A stretch of 64,000 nt of DNA from an uncultured Candidatus Saccharibacteria bacterium. GTDB lineage: Bacteria > Patescibacteriota > Minisyncoccia > Phycocordibacterales > DSPV01. Below the pieces are notes generated by a model. That model searched no databases and had not been told where the DNA came from. It saw nothing but the letters and a program-made list of their open reading frames with translations. Shown here one piece after another: positions 1 to 8,816 of this stretch. The stretch is from contig CAZTXT010000001.1 in assembly GCA_964617735.1 (NCBI GenBank), positions 203,589-267,588 on the forward strand. The letters are read 5' to 3'. The number at the start of each line of letters is the position of its first letter. The first letter of the stretch is position 1. The translations under genes and the position numbers were made by a program.

Positions 1-281
1 GGTTCGTGTGGGCGACGCCGCCGCTGCGGCCCGATACGGCAAATCCCGAGATGTACCTGCAATTCATCACCGTTCTCTCCGTACCGCCGATAGATGTTGA
101 TGGAGTGACACTAAGTTTCGCTTCGGAGTATCGAGCGGTTTTGGGTTCCTACAATGGTCCCGGTGAGGATGGGGAGTGGTGGCCGGATGATCATTTTGTC
201 TGGTTCCGTATTCAGCAATATTTTGACGGGCAGCTCGGTCCGGCGGTCATTTTCAAGGGGAGGATCTCGACGGAGCTTTAA
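1..281 (+). CDS. C-terminal fragment of hypothetical protein (5' end outside window)
   Basis: ORF open to the window start, ends at 281; followed by a strong hairpin terminator; no recognisable family. Confidence 0.4.
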   Translation, partial: FVWATPPLRPDTANPEMYLQFITVLSVPPIDVDGVTLSFASEYRAVLGSYNGPGEDGEWWPDDHFVWFRIQQYFDGQLGPAVIFKGRISTEL

Positions 282-284
282 AAG

Positions 285-319
285 AAAACCCCATCGGCCT
301 TCGGCCGATGGGGTTTTTT
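285..319. terminator. bidirectional rho-independent terminator
   Basis: aaaaccccatcggcc-ttcg-ggccgatgggg followed by tttttt; A-run on the other side serves the convergent minus-strand gene. Confidence 0.65.
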
Positions 320-988
320 CTAGCGCACTTTTCCTATGCAGGATAGATAGTTCCGCCTTTCAAACGGCGGATCGATGAGTCCTGAAAGTTCCACCTCAAA
401 TTCTCCCCCTTTCTCTTTCGCGAGATACGAGAGTGCGATGCCGACGCACCTCGCTACCCACGGACCCTTTCCGGTCCAGTCCTTCTTAGTCGAATCAACT
501 TCCAGTCGTAATCCTCCCAAGAGAATTTTCTTGACGCCAAGAATCTTGAGCAGTTTCCTGAATCGTGTCCAGATATCGGCTTCTGATTCTCCCACGATCG
601 CGGGTGTCGGGTTGTCGGGGAGCGTCCGGATAAAATATGGTTTTGTCCGGGTGCCTTCTTGGTACTCTCTGGCAAGCCACCGCTCGAACGTGGGCTCGTG
701 CGCTTCCTCCTCAAGAATGAGTATCGGGGGTGCATCTTCTTCGCTCATCGAGAGTAGACGTATGAGCGCTTCCTCTATCCGGACAAGCTGGATGTATTCG
801 GACTTATCCCTGTACCAATTTCCGTGCCGCCATTTTTCGTAAAGCGGATGGACGAAGATGCGGATTAGGCCGCCGCATTGTCGGAGGCGCTCCTCGAGCC
901 GCTCGCCGTTTTCTTGCGTGAGCTCGGTGAGGTCTAGTATATATCGTTGGTCTGGTGTTTTCGGTGGTGTTTCAAGCAGTGTTTCCAT
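320..988 (-). CDS. hypothetical protein (222 aa)
   Basis: long ORF with a coding-like acidic/helical composition; no family recognised. Confidence 0.6.
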   Translation of the reverse strand: METLLETPPKTPDQRYILDLTELTQENGERLEERLRQCGGLIRIFVHPLYEKWRHGNWYRDKSEYIQLVRIEEALIRLLSMSEEDAPPILILEEEAHEPTFERWLAREYQEGTRTKPYFIRTLPDNPTPAIVGESEADIWTRFRKLLKILGVKKILLGGLRLEVDSTKKDWTGKGPWVARCVGIALSYLAKEKGGEFEVELSGLIDPPFERRNYLSCIGKVR

Positions 989-1071
989 TTATTTTCCTTT
1001 CGAAAGGTTGAGATCAAAGTACAGCCCGGGTTGAGATTATCAGCGCTTCAGTGTTTGTCAAGAAATGTGCA

Positions 1072-1104
1072 AAAGCAAAGCGCCCGACGGGCTCGGGCGC
1101 TTTG
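1072..1104. terminator. hairpin terminator downstream of minus-strand gene 1111..1413
   Basis: gcgcccg-acgggct-cgggcgc perfect stem flanked by A/T runs. Confidence 0.5.
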
Positions 1105-1110
1105 CAAAGA

Positions 1111-1413
1111 TTATTTCGTGGCGAGTGCAAGGTTGACTTGGCTTTCCAGTACGGCGACTTTAGCTTGCATGAGACTAATCACCTGAAGCTGGAGCGCCAT
1201 GATCCTCTGGCGGATCACATCAGCGACTTTTTCTCGCAGCAGAACAGTCTCTTGCTGGAGAAGGTCTATCGCTTGTTCCTGAAGTACAACGATCTTCGCA
1301 CGGAGTTCGGTTTCAGTCGTCGTTGCTGTCGTTACCTGTGCGTGGGCGTTGAGCGCAATGCTCGAAAAGAGCACAATCAAAACACCCATCGCGATACCTT
1401 TATAGATTCGCAT
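1111..1413 (-). CDS. small secreted coiled-coil protein (100 aa)
   Basis: N-terminal signal peptide (MGVLIVLFSSIALNAHA) followed by a heptad-like Q/L/V-rich helix; the overlapping plus-strand ORF 1051..1428 looks random. Confidence 0.55.
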   Translation of the reverse strand: MRIYKGIAMGVLIVLFSSIALNAHAQVTTATTTETELRAKIVVLQEQAIDLLQQETVLLREKVADVIRQRIMALQLQVISLMQAKVAVLESQVNLALATK

Positions 1414-1529
1414 GGTAGTACTTGTTGATTGGCTACGACCTCTGATATAGACGACTTAGGGTGGTGCGTGCTTACGAGCCAACTCTTTACTTTTCCCTAG
1501 ACTTTTGTTACCTTATCGGAATCTCAATT

Positions 1530-1550
1530 GAGCCATTTCGGGCTCTTTTT
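1530..1550 (+). promoter_or_regulatory. leader hairpin plus U-tract 22 nt upstream of rplC (attenuator-like)
   Basis: gagcc-atttcg-ggctc then ttttt immediately before the rplC start. Confidence 0.3.
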
Positions 1551-1572
1551 AATCGGCCGAAACGGCACGGAA

Positions 1573-2172
1573 ATGAAATTCATACTGGGGAAAAAGCTGA
1601 ATATGACGCAGGTGTTCACTGAAGACGGAGTCGTGCATCCGGTCACGGTCATTTCTGCTGGCCCGGTCACGGTCACCCAAGTCAAAGGCAAGGACTCCGA
1701 CGGCTATGAGTCAGTCCAGGTTGGTTTTATGCCGACCAAGGCGAATGAGGATGTCAAAGCCGCGCACAAACGCTACGCGCACGTTCAGGAATTCCGCACC
1801 GAAGGCAAGAAGGTTGAACTCAAAGTCGGGGACAAGATAGATGTTTCTGCCTTTGTGGTCAACGATACGGTAGAGGTGAGCGGTATCTCGAAAGGAAAAG
1901 GATTTCAGGGCGTCGTGAAGCGCCATGGCTTCGGCGGCGGACGCCGCACGCACGGCCAAAAGCACAGCGAGCGCGAGCCGGGTGCTATCGGCGGGCGAGG
2001 GAGAGCTGGCGGTCGCGTGTCGAAAGGCATGCGCATGGCCGGCCGCATGGGCTCTGACCGCATCACCGTTAAAAATCTCAAAGTCGTGCAGGTGCATCCT
2101 GAGAGCAACACACTGCTTATAAGCGGCGCTATTCCGGGACGTCGGGGCACGCTCGTAGAGATCCGCGGCTAA
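1573..2172 (+). CDS. rplC: 50S ribosomal protein L3
   Basis: MKFILGKKLNMTQVF...KGKGFQGVVKRHGFGGG motifs; start chosen at the internal ATG of ORF 1528..2172. Confidence 0.95.
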   Translation: MKFILGKKLNMTQVFTEDGVVHPVTVISAGPVTVTQVKGKDSDGYESVQVGFMPTKANEDVKAAHKRYAHVQEFRTEGKKVELKVGDKIDVSAFVVNDTVEVSGISKGKGFQGVVKRHGFGGGRRTHGQKHSEREPGAIGGRGRAGGRVSKGMRMAGRMGSDRITVKNLKVVQVHPESNTLLISGAIPGRRGTLVEIRG

Positions 2173-2180
2173 ACATTTTA

Positions 2181-2849
2181 ATGGAAACTAAAGTCTACAA
2201 CCAGGATGGAAAAGAAGTGCGTACGCTCGCATTGCCGGCGGAAGTCTTCGGGGTGAAATGGAACGGCGATTTGGTGCATCAAGTCGTTGTCTCGATGCAA
2301 GCCAACGAGCGCGAGCATGTCGCGCATATCAAAACCCGCGGCCAGGTGGCTGGCGGTGGCAAGAAGCCCTGGCGCCAGAAAGGTACCGGACGCGCTCGCC
2401 ACGGCTCTATCCGCTCGCCTCTGTGGGTTGGCGGCGGTGTCACGCATGGCCCGAACCCGGACAAAGTCTATGGACGCAAAGTGAATCGCAAAATGAAAGC
2501 GAAAGCGCTCTACGCCGTGCTCTCAAAGAAGCTCTCCGATGGCGAAGTGCTTTTTGTGGATTCGCTCGCCGTTTCTTCCGGAAAAACGAAAGATGCGAAA
2601 GCTATGCTCGGCAAGCTCGCGGGCATCAAGGGCTTTGAAAAGCTCACGACCAAGCCCAAGAACGTCGCGCTCATCGCGCTCGCCAAGAAAGACAAACCGA
2701 CCGAGTTGGGCCTGCGCAATTTCGGCAACATCATGGTGGACGAAGCCCGCAACCTCAATCCCGTCAGTATTTTGAGCAACAAATATCTCGTCATCAGCTC
2801 TCCGGAGGCGTCTCTCGAGACTCTCACCGCTAAAACCGCTAAGAAATAA
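2181..2849 (+). CDS. rplD: 50S ribosomal protein L4
   Basis: KKPWRQKGTGRARHGS...GGGVTHGP motif; operon order after rplC. Confidence 0.95.
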   Translation: METKVYNQDGKEVRTLALPAEVFGVKWNGDLVHQVVVSMQANEREHVAHIKTRGQVAGGGKKPWRQKGTGRARHGSIRSPLWVGGGVTHGPNPDKVYGRKVNRKMKAKALYAVLSKKLSDGEVLFVDSLAVSSGKTKDAKAMLGKLAGIKGFEKLTTKPKNVALIALAKKDKPTELGLRNFGNIMVDEARNLNPVSILSNKYLVISSPEASLETLTAKTAKK

Positions 2850-2851
2850 TC

Positions 2852-3250
2852 ATGGCGCTCTTCGGCTTCAAAAAGAATAAGAAAGAGGAGAAGAAAGACA
2901 TCGCAACCAAGTTCGAGAAGCCTGTCGAGGTGAAGCGCGCGGTCGCGGTTTCAAATCCGGACGCGAAAGCGACCGGCGGCTCGGGCGTGCTGAAGAACCT
3001 TCGCGTTACCGAAAAAGTCTCGCTTCTCTCGGCTACCCGCAACGTCTACACCTTCAACATCACCGAGGACGCGAACAAAGAGAGCGTCTCGCAAAGCGTC
3101 GAGCACCTCTATAAAGTGCATCCGGTGAAGGTCCGCATCCTTCCGGTTCCGGCAAAGCGTGTTTTCGTCCGCGGCAAGGCCGGGGTCAAGCGCGGTGGCC
3201 GCAAAGCGTATGTGTATCTTAAGGAAGGGGAGAAAATAGATATTGCATAA
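2852..3250 (+). CDS. rplW: 50S ribosomal protein L23 (N-terminally extended)
   Basis: operon position between L4 and L2; L23-like core (VSEKA.../HPVKVRILP). Confidence 0.88.
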   Translation: MALFGFKKNKKEEKKDIATKFEKPVEVKRAVAVSNPDAKATGGSGVLKNLRVTEKVSLLSATRNVYTFNITEDANKESVSQSVEHLYKVHPVKVRILPVPAKRVFVRGKAGVKRGGRKAYVYLKEGEKIDIA

Positions 3251-3282
3251 TTCCCCACAAAGATTTTATACCCATTGGCAAA

Positions 3283-4137
3283 ATGAAATTCTATAAACCT
3301 ACAACCAAATCACGCCGCCAGTTCACGAACATCATGTATCGCGGCACCCTCACGAAGTCGGAGCCGCACAAAGCACTCACGACCGGATTTCAGCGCGACA
3401 GCGGCCGCAACAACCGTGGTCGCATCACCGTCCGCCACAAGGGGAACGGCAACAAACGCCTCTACCGCGCGATAGATTTCCTCTATGACAAACGCGACAT
3501 GAAGGCTGTGATCGAGTCCGTTGAATACGATCCGAACCGCACGGGTTTCATCGGCCTCGTCATCTACCCCGACGGAGAGCGCCGCTACACCCTTCTTCCG
3601 AAAGGACTCGGCAAAGGCTCTGGCTTTATCGTCTCTGAAAACGCGCCGCTTGTTCCGGGCAACCGTCTTCCCCTCAAGAAAATCCCGGTCGGCACGTTCA
3701 TTTTCAATGTTGAATTGAAACGCGACGGCGGCGCAATACTTGCCCGCTCGGCCGGCAACTACGCTCAGCTCATCGCGCTCGAAGGAGGATTCGCGCACGT
3801 CAAACTTCCGTCCACCGAAGTCCGCAAAGTAGACGAAGATGCATGGGCATCCATCGGCGCGGTCTCGAACGAAGAGAATCACCTCGTAAACCTCGGCAAA
3901 GCCGGACGCTCAAGGTGGCTGGGTATCCGCCCGACGGTGCGTGGCTCGGCTATGAACCCGGTTGACCATCCGTACGGCGGTGGTGAAGGACGCCAGGGAC
4001 GCGGCCGCAGACGCCTCATCACGAAGTGGGGCAAGCCCGTCGGCAAAGGACAGAAGTCCCGCCGCGCGAAGAAATACTCAAATGTTTTCATCGTTTCCCG
4101 GAGAAAGGTTGGAAAATCTCGAAAGACTGCCATTTAA
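3283..4137 (+). CDS. rplB: 50S ribosomal protein L2
   Basis: GRNNRGRITVRHKGNGNKRLYRAIDF and MNPVDHPYGGGEGR motifs. Confidence 0.95.
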   Translation: MKFYKPTTKSRRQFTNIMYRGTLTKSEPHKALTTGFQRDSGRNNRGRITVRHKGNGNKRLYRAIDFLYDKRDMKAVIESVEYDPNRTGFIGLVIYPDGERRYTLLPKGLGKGSGFIVSENAPLVPGNRLPLKKIPVGTFIFNVELKRDGGAILARSAGNYAQLIALEGGFAHVKLPSTEVRKVDEDAWASIGAVSNEENHLVNLGKAGRSRWLGIRPTVRGSAMNPVDHPYGGGEGRQGRGRRRLITKWGKPVGKGQKSRRAKKYSNVFIVSRRKVGKSRKTAI

Positions 4138-4140
4138 TCA

Positions 4141-4168
4141 AAACCGCCCTCTTGGGCGGTTTTTGTTT
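4141..4168 (+). terminator. rho-independent terminator after rplB
   Basis: accgccc-tctt-gggcggt then tttttgttt. Confidence 0.6.
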
Positions 4169-4170
4169 GA

Positions 4171-4701
4171 CATGGACAGCTCAATGGCGGCGGATACCTA
4201 CTTCTTGTTCCCAAAAGTCATACGCCATGCATCGCTCAGCTGCCTCTTCAGGAGCTTGAATTTCTGGAGAACCACATAGGCCGCATCCGTGATGTGTTGC
4301 GGAACGAGTACGACACTGACGACGTTCATGTTTTCGAGCATGGCATTGTCGGGCAGACGGTGAAGCACGCACACCTTCATTTCGTTCCCGTTAAGCATGA
4401 TTGCGACATGGACCAGAGGATACTTAAGGACTTTCCTCAAAGTACTGCAGGGTGGATACCCTCCCTGTATCTCTTGAAAAACACTCGTCAGAGTGCATCC
4501 GAGCCATATCTGATCTGGAAGAATCGCAGTAACGAGTTCAAGGTTTGCTGGGACCCGCCCGCACCTAAGCAATACTTTCGAACGGTCATTGCCGAAGCCA
4601 TCGGCTGTCCCGAGAAAGCCGATTATCGCAACATCGATCCGGAAGAGGATAAGCGTCTCTGTCTTGAAACGGTAGAGCGTCTCAAGCCGCACCTTAGTTG
4701 A
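4171..4701 (+). pseudogene. HIT-family (histidine triad) hydrolase homolog with no start codon for its N-terminal part (possible 5' truncation); ORF-finder calls only 4294..4701 from a GTG
   Basis: frame-1 translation from the stop at 4168 reads GYLLLVPKSHTPCIAQL...GQTVKHAHLHFVPVK (HIT HxHxHxx motif) with no ATG/GTG/TTG before 4294; the expected ~35-aa N-terminal nucleotide-binding strands are absent; long ~100-aa C-terminal extension. Confidence 0.45.
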
Positions 4702-4708
4702 ATATCAA

Positions 4709-4738
4709 AGCCCGCCTCCGCAGCGGGCTTTTTCTTTT
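4709..4738 (+). terminator. rho-independent terminator
   Basis: gcccgc-ctccgca-gcgggc followed by tttttctttt. Confidence 0.55.
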
Positions 4739-4844
4739 CCCAGTAAAGATTGTCTTTCCCGTGGCTTTTTGACATCTCTCTATGTCTTGGTAATGTGTGG
4801 TTAGACAAGGTTCATCATAATCAAAAAAAACAGAAAGGAATGCT

Positions 4845-5312
4845 ATGCAAAACGGAGAACCGAGCATGTACATCGGCCTCTCGACAATGCGCAACGGGCT
4901 CACCCAAATTCAATGGTCGCGTTTGCAGTTGTTCTTCATGTTCAATGCCATTGCTCTACCGTTCGTATTTGCTGCAGGCAAAAACGGAAACGCAATATCG
5001 TTCGCAAACGTCGAGATAACAAAATTACTATTAAGTGTCGTTGGGGTAGTTATCCACGTTGGCTTTTATTTCGGTGCCTTACGTGCAATCAGATGGATTA
5101 GGTACTTGAGCGAGAAACTGGCCGATTTTGAACGACTTGACCGGAAATCAGAGCCTTCACGCACGAGAGTGAAAGTCTTCAGTTACTCCCGATTCAAAGA
5201 GCTTCGCCGAGGTCAGTTTGTAACTTTTGGGCACTTGTGGCCGTTTGGCATTGGTATGGCCTTTTGGCTTGAACAATCTGTCTACCGTCTTCTGCCTTAT
5301 CTACAGAACTGA
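4845..5312 (+). CDS. hypothetical membrane protein (155 aa)
   Basis: RBS aaaggaa 7 nt upstream of ATG; several hydrophobic helices; AT-rich relative to flanks. Confidence 0.6.
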   Translation: MQNGEPSMYIGLSTMRNGLTQIQWSRLQLFFMFNAIALPFVFAAGKNGNAISFANVEITKLLLSVVGVVIHVGFYFGALRAIRWIRYLSEKLADFERLDRKSEPSRTRVKVFSYSRFKELRRGQFVTFGHLWPFGIGMAFWLEQSVYRLLPYLQN

Positions 5313-5332
5313 AATCAAAAACGAAAGGATAT

Positions 5333-5539
5333 ATGACTAAACAAGAGAAAATACAAACAGCCAAAACGAAACAGAATCTTGAGCAAGACGATGAAGATTC
5401 ATGGGAGCCCTACGACTTCGATAGCCCGTTTGAGCGTAAACTTGACATATTCTCCTATGTCTTTGGGGCCGCAGCACTTGCGGTCGCCGTCGCCGGACTT
5501 CTATTTCTGATCGTTCGCCAGTGGATGGGAAAGCTTTAA
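5333..5539 (+). CDS. small membrane protein (68 aa, C-terminal TM)
   Basis: RBS aaaggat; acidic N-terminus followed by AAALAVAVAGLLFLIV transmembrane segment. Confidence 0.5.
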   Translation: MTKQEKIQTAKTKQNLEQDDEDSWEPYDFDSPFERKLDIFSYVFGAAALAVAVAGLLFLIVRQWMGKL

Positions 5540-5567
5540 CGCTCACCCGTTCTGTTTGTTTGATCCA

Positions 5568-5597
5568 AGCGCTCGGCTACTTGCCGGGCGTTTTTTT
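5568..5597 (+). terminator. rho-independent terminator ending the insertion
   Basis: gctcgg-ctacttg-ccgggc (one G-U pair) followed by ttttttt. Confidence 0.5.
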
Positions 5598-5706
5598 ATA
5601 TCTACCTTTGTAAAACACAATAGCTCCCTTTCCCCAGAAAAACGGGCTTTCCCACACCCCTTCCACAGGGTAGGCACAACCTTTTCCCCATTCGCCCAGC
5701 ACCTGT

Positions 5707-5735
5707 TTGACAGAAAATGCCTAGATTGCTAGGAT
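5707..5735 (+). promoter_or_regulatory. sigma70-like promoter for the rpsS operon (TTGACA-17-TAGGAT), followed by a leader hairpin
   Basis: TTGACA at 5707, 17-nt spacer, TAGGAT; then aagctc-gaagg-gagctt with a U-rich tail before the rpsS ATG. Confidence 0.4.
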
Positions 5736-5783
5736 GCAACGACCAAGCTCGAAGGGAGCTTGTTTGTTTTCTGCCGATGTTTT

Positions 5784-6134
5784 ATGAGTAGATCCCTCAA
5801 AAAAGGCCCATATTTGGACCCGAAGCTTATGAAGAAGATTTCGGGCAAGAAGCCGGAGACAACCCCGGTTATTAAGACATGGGCGCGCGACTGCCAGATC
5901 GCACCGGAAATGGTCGGCTTTAAGTTCGGCGTCCATAACGGGAGGGAACATATTGAGACACTAGTCACCGAGGAAATGGTTGGACACCGCCTCGGTGAAT
6001 TTGCGCCTACCCGAAAGTTCACCAAACACGGCGGCAAGATGCAGAAAGAGCTCGAAGCCAAGAAGAAAGAGGGCGAAATAGCCGCAGCGCAGGCCGCGAA
6101 AGCCGCGCCCGCCGCAGGAGCCCCTGCAAAATAA
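5784..6134 (+). CDS. rpsS: 30S ribosomal protein S19 (Ala/Lys-rich C-terminal extension)
   Basis: [15 protein letters not shown]...[13 protein letters not shown]; start at the internal ATG of ORF 5760..6134. Confidence 0.92.
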   Translation: MSRSLKKGPYLDPKLMKKISGKKPETTPVIKTWARDCQIAPEMVGFKFGVHNGREHIETLVTEEMVGHRLGEFAPTRKFTKHGGKMQKELEAKKKEGEIAAAQAAKAAPAAGAPAK

Positions 6135-6166
6135 TCAGCATTACGAAACATTGATATACCCACACC

Positions 6167-6583
6167 ATGGTGCAAACAATCATAAAAAATCATAGACAGT
6201 CCCCGCGCAAAGTCCGCCTTGTCGCTGACCTCGTACGCGGAAAGAAGGTCAATCACGCGCTCACCGTTTTGGATTTCTTGAGTAAGAAGGCATCCGAGCC
6301 GATAAAAGGCGCGATCGAGAGCGCGGTAGCGAACGCTCGCCACAATTTCAACATGGATCCCGAACGCCTCTACGTCAAAGATATCCGCGTGGATGAAGGC
6401 ACGGTGCTCAAGCGCTACAGCCCGAAGGCCCGCGGTTCCGCATCCATCATCAAGAAGCGCACGAGTCATATCTTCGTCGCGCTCGATACCAAGGGCAATG
6501 AAACCTTGCTTGCGGGCAACACCAAGTCGGGCGATGCAGTGCATAGCGAGAAAAAAGAAGGAGAAACAGGATCACTCGAATAA
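6167..6583 (+). CDS. rplV: 50S ribosomal protein L22 (C-terminal extension)
   Basis: QSPRKVRLVADLVRGKKVNHALTVLDF; operon position. Confidence 0.93.
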   Translation: MVQTIIKNHRQSPRKVRLVADLVRGKKVNHALTVLDFLSKKASEPIKGAIESAVANARHNFNMDPERLYVKDIRVDEGTVLKRYSPKARGSASIIKKRTSHIFVALDTKGNETLLAGNTKSGDAVHSEKKEGETGSLE

Positions 6584-6584
6584 T

Positions 6585-7256
6585 ATGTCACACTCGGTAC
6601 ACCCTTATTCGCATCGGTTGGGTTTCATCAGGGATTGGAGATCCCGCTGGTTCGGTTTGAAGGACAAGTACCGCGAATATCTGAAGGCAGACATCATGTT
6701 GCGCGAGTTCCTCATGAAGCGGCTGCGCGATTATTTTGTTTCAGCGGTTGAGATCGAGCGCAATGAAAAGCAATTCCGCATTATCATCCGCACCTCGCGG
6801 CCCGGCATGCTCTTGGGCAAAAGCGGCGAAGGGGTGACCAAACTCCGCGCTGACCTTGCCAAAGAGATGCGGCGCCTCAAGATCGTACAGAAGCAGGATA
6901 TCAAGATAGATGTGGAGGAGGTCCGCTCGCCGGAAAGCAACGCGGCGATCCTTGCGCATATGGTCGCGGAGTCGCTCGAGAAACGCTTGCCCTTCCGCCG
7001 CGTCATGAAGCAGATCATTGAGAAAGCGATGGCGAATCGCGATGTGCAGGGAGTGAAGATCTATTGCGGCGGACGCCTCGGCGGTGCCGACATGGCCCGT
7101 ACCGAAGAATTGAAGCGCGGACGCATTCCGCTCCAGACCTTGCGCGCCGATATCGATTTTGCGCGCGACAAAGCGCACATGACCTACGGCGATCTCGGCA
7201 TCAAGGTATGGGTATACCGCGGTGAAGTGTTTGCCAAAAAGCAGGGCGCTAAATAG
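6585..7256 (+). CDS. rpsC: 30S ribosomal protein S3
   Basis: HPYSHRLGFIRDW...KH and GLGIKVWVY regions; start at ATG 6585 inside the spurious upstream extension of ORF 6393..7256. Confidence 0.93.
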   Translation: MSHSVHPYSHRLGFIRDWRSRWFGLKDKYREYLKADIMLREFLMKRLRDYFVSAVEIERNEKQFRIIIRTSRPGMLLGKSGEGVTKLRADLAKEMRRLKIVQKQDIKIDVEEVRSPESNAAILAHMVAESLEKRLPFRRVMKQIIEKAMANRDVQGVKIYCGGRLGGADMARTEELKRGRIPLQTLRADIDFARDKAHMTYGDLGIKVWVYRGEVFAKKQGAK

Positions 7257-7267
7257 CCATCATAACC

Positions 7268-7693
7268 ATGTTATTCCCTAAGAAAGTAAAATTCAGAAAA
7301 TGGCAGACCGGGCGCTCCAACCCCAAGCATAAGCGCGTGGATGTTCGCGGTGCGAATGTTTCCTTCGGCTCCTTCGGCCTGAAGGCTCAAACGGGTGGAC
7401 GCCTGCGCAGCCAGCAGATCGAAGCGGCGAGAAAAGCGATGGCGCGGCTCGCGGGCAAGACCGGAAAGGTATGGGTCCGGGTATTTCCGGATCGCCCGTA
7501 TACGGCCAAGGCCGCTGAAGTGGGCATGGGCTCGGGCAAAGGCGATCCCCAAGGATACTGCATCGAGATACGCCCCGGGCGGGTTATTTTTGAAGTCGAT
7601 GGACTTGCCGATGTGGAGGCCAAGGAGGCGCTGCGCAAGGCGGGCACGAAGCTGCCGGTCAAGACAAAGATCGTAAGCCGCGATATCAGCTAA
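7268..7693 (+). CDS. rplP: 50S ribosomal protein L16
   Basis: MLFPKKVKFRKWQTGR...GMGSGKGDPQGY. Confidence 0.95.
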   Translation: MLFPKKVKFRKWQTGRSNPKHKRVDVRGANVSFGSFGLKAQTGGRLRSQQIEAARKAMARLAGKTGKVWVRVFPDRPYTAKAAEVGMGSGKGDPQGYCIEIRPGRVIFEVDGLADVEAKEALRKAGTKLPVKTKIVSRDIS

Positions 7694-7724
7694 GGGTTGT
7701 AGTTGTTGCATTGAACACAGCATC

Positions 7725-7916
7725 ATGAATGCTTCTGAATTGAGACAAAAGAATGAGCGGGAACTGGCACAGCTTCTGGAGAGCAAGCGGCACGAGCTTT
7801 GGACATTCCGTTTCGGCGCTTCCGGCAGCAAAGTGCGCAACGTCAAACAGGGAAGGACGATCCGCCGCGAGATCGCACGCATCCTTACGATTCTCGGCAC
7901 CATGAAGAAACAATAA
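7725..7916 (+). CDS. rpmC: 50S ribosomal protein L29
   Basis: 63 aa, ELRQKNERELAQLLESKRHELWTFRF. Confidence 0.9.
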   Translation: MNASELRQKNERELAQLLESKRHELWTFRFGASGSKVRNVKQGRTIRREIARILTILGTMKKQ

Positions 7917-7927
7917 AAAAAGAGCGC

Positions 7928-8242
7928 ATGCAAACGGAAAACACAAAAATGAATAAGCACGACAAGGAGCATATCCTTACCGGAGAGGTCGTATCCACGA
8001 AAATGAAAGACACGATCGTGGTGCGCATCAGCCGATACAAGAAAGTCCCGAAGTACGGCAAATACGTCACGCGCTCGGAGCGTTTTAAAGTGCACGATCC
8101 GGGGAATACGGCGACTCTCGGCGATATGGTCTATATCAAGGAAACTCGGCCGATATCGAAGGACAAGCATTTCATACTGGTCGGGAAAAAAGCTGCAGCG
8201 AAAACCGCAGAAGAAGCCACTGTTGTCGACCAGGAAGTATAA
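7928..8242 (+). CDS. rpsQ: 30S ribosomal protein S17 (C-terminal extension)
   Basis: ILTGEVVSTKMKDTIVVRISRYKKVPKYGKYV; start at the first in-frame ATG after the rpmC stop (an alternative start at 7949 is possible). Confidence 0.85.
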   Translation: MQTENTKMNKHDKEHILTGEVVSTKMKDTIVVRISRYKKVPKYGKYVTRSERFKVHDPGNTATLGDMVYIKETRPISKDKHFILVGKKAAAKTAEEATVVDQEV

Positions 8243-8263
8243 GCTACTGATTAATTTCGTATC

Positions 8264-8635
8264 ATGATACAGCCACGTTCAATCGTAAAAATCGCAGACA
8301 ATTCGGGCGCCCGCATTGGCCGCATTTTCAAAGTGCTCGGCGGAAGCCGGAAGCGCTATGCGCAGATTGGCGATCGCGTGGTGCTCTCGGTGCAGAAAGC
8401 CGAACCGCGAAAGCAGATAAAGAAAAAGGACGTCCTACAGGCGGTCGTGGTCAGGCAGCGCAACGCCTATCGCCGCAAAGACGGCTCGTACATCCGGTTC
8501 GATGAGAACGCGGTGGTCATCTTGGAGAAAGATAAGCTCGAGCCGATCGCCGGCCGCATCTTCGGTCCTATTCCGCGGGAAATATCCGAGCAGGGTTATC
8601 AGACGATCGCTTCCCGAGCGGCCGAGGTGATTTAG
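8264..8635 (+). CDS. rplN: 50S ribosomal protein L14
   Basis: MIQPRSIVKIADNSGAR... Confidence 0.95.
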   Translation: MIQPRSIVKIADNSGARIGRIFKVLGGSRKRYAQIGDRVVLSVQKAEPRKQIKKKDVLQAVVVRQRNAYRRKDGSYIRFDENAVVILEKDKLEPIAGRIFGPIPREISEQGYQTIASRAAEVI

Positions 8636-8671
8636 TAAATTAAGGAGCTTCCGGCGACTATAATTTACTTA

Positions 8672-8776
8672 ACCGAGCACCATTTTACGAAATTTACATT
8701 TAACTGATTTATTGCTAGATTGCACCAACTGAACTAAATAAAAACAGCACAGTGGTCCGTGAAAATGGTGCTCGGT
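8672..8776. repeat. ~105-nt element bounded by an 18-bp inverted repeat in the rplN-rplX spacer
   Basis: accgagcaccattttacg ... cgtgaaaatggtgctcggt (1 indel) enclosing an AT-rich 68-nt core; a 180-nt spacer is unusual here. Confidence 0.5.
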
Positions 8777-8816
8777 CATTATTTTCAAAAACTCGCTGAG
8801 CTCGTTAAGAAAATAT

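Noticed and set aside
1051-1428. Plus-strand ORF 1051..1428 (125 aa)
   Set aside because: It overlaps the minus-strand ORF 1111..1413, which has a clear signal peptide and coiled-coil. The plus-strand translation looks random.
7271-8170. Several long minus- or plus-strand ORFs (7271..8170, 5729..6544, 12157..12795, 12680..13453, 31651..32388, 45359..46249, 22611..23174, 34905..35582)
   Set aside because: Each lies entirely antisense or out-of-frame to strongly supported genes (r-proteins, ftsH, pilB, recG). Their translations are Arg/Ser/Ala-rich with no motifs, which is typical of shadow ORFs in GC-rich coding DNA.
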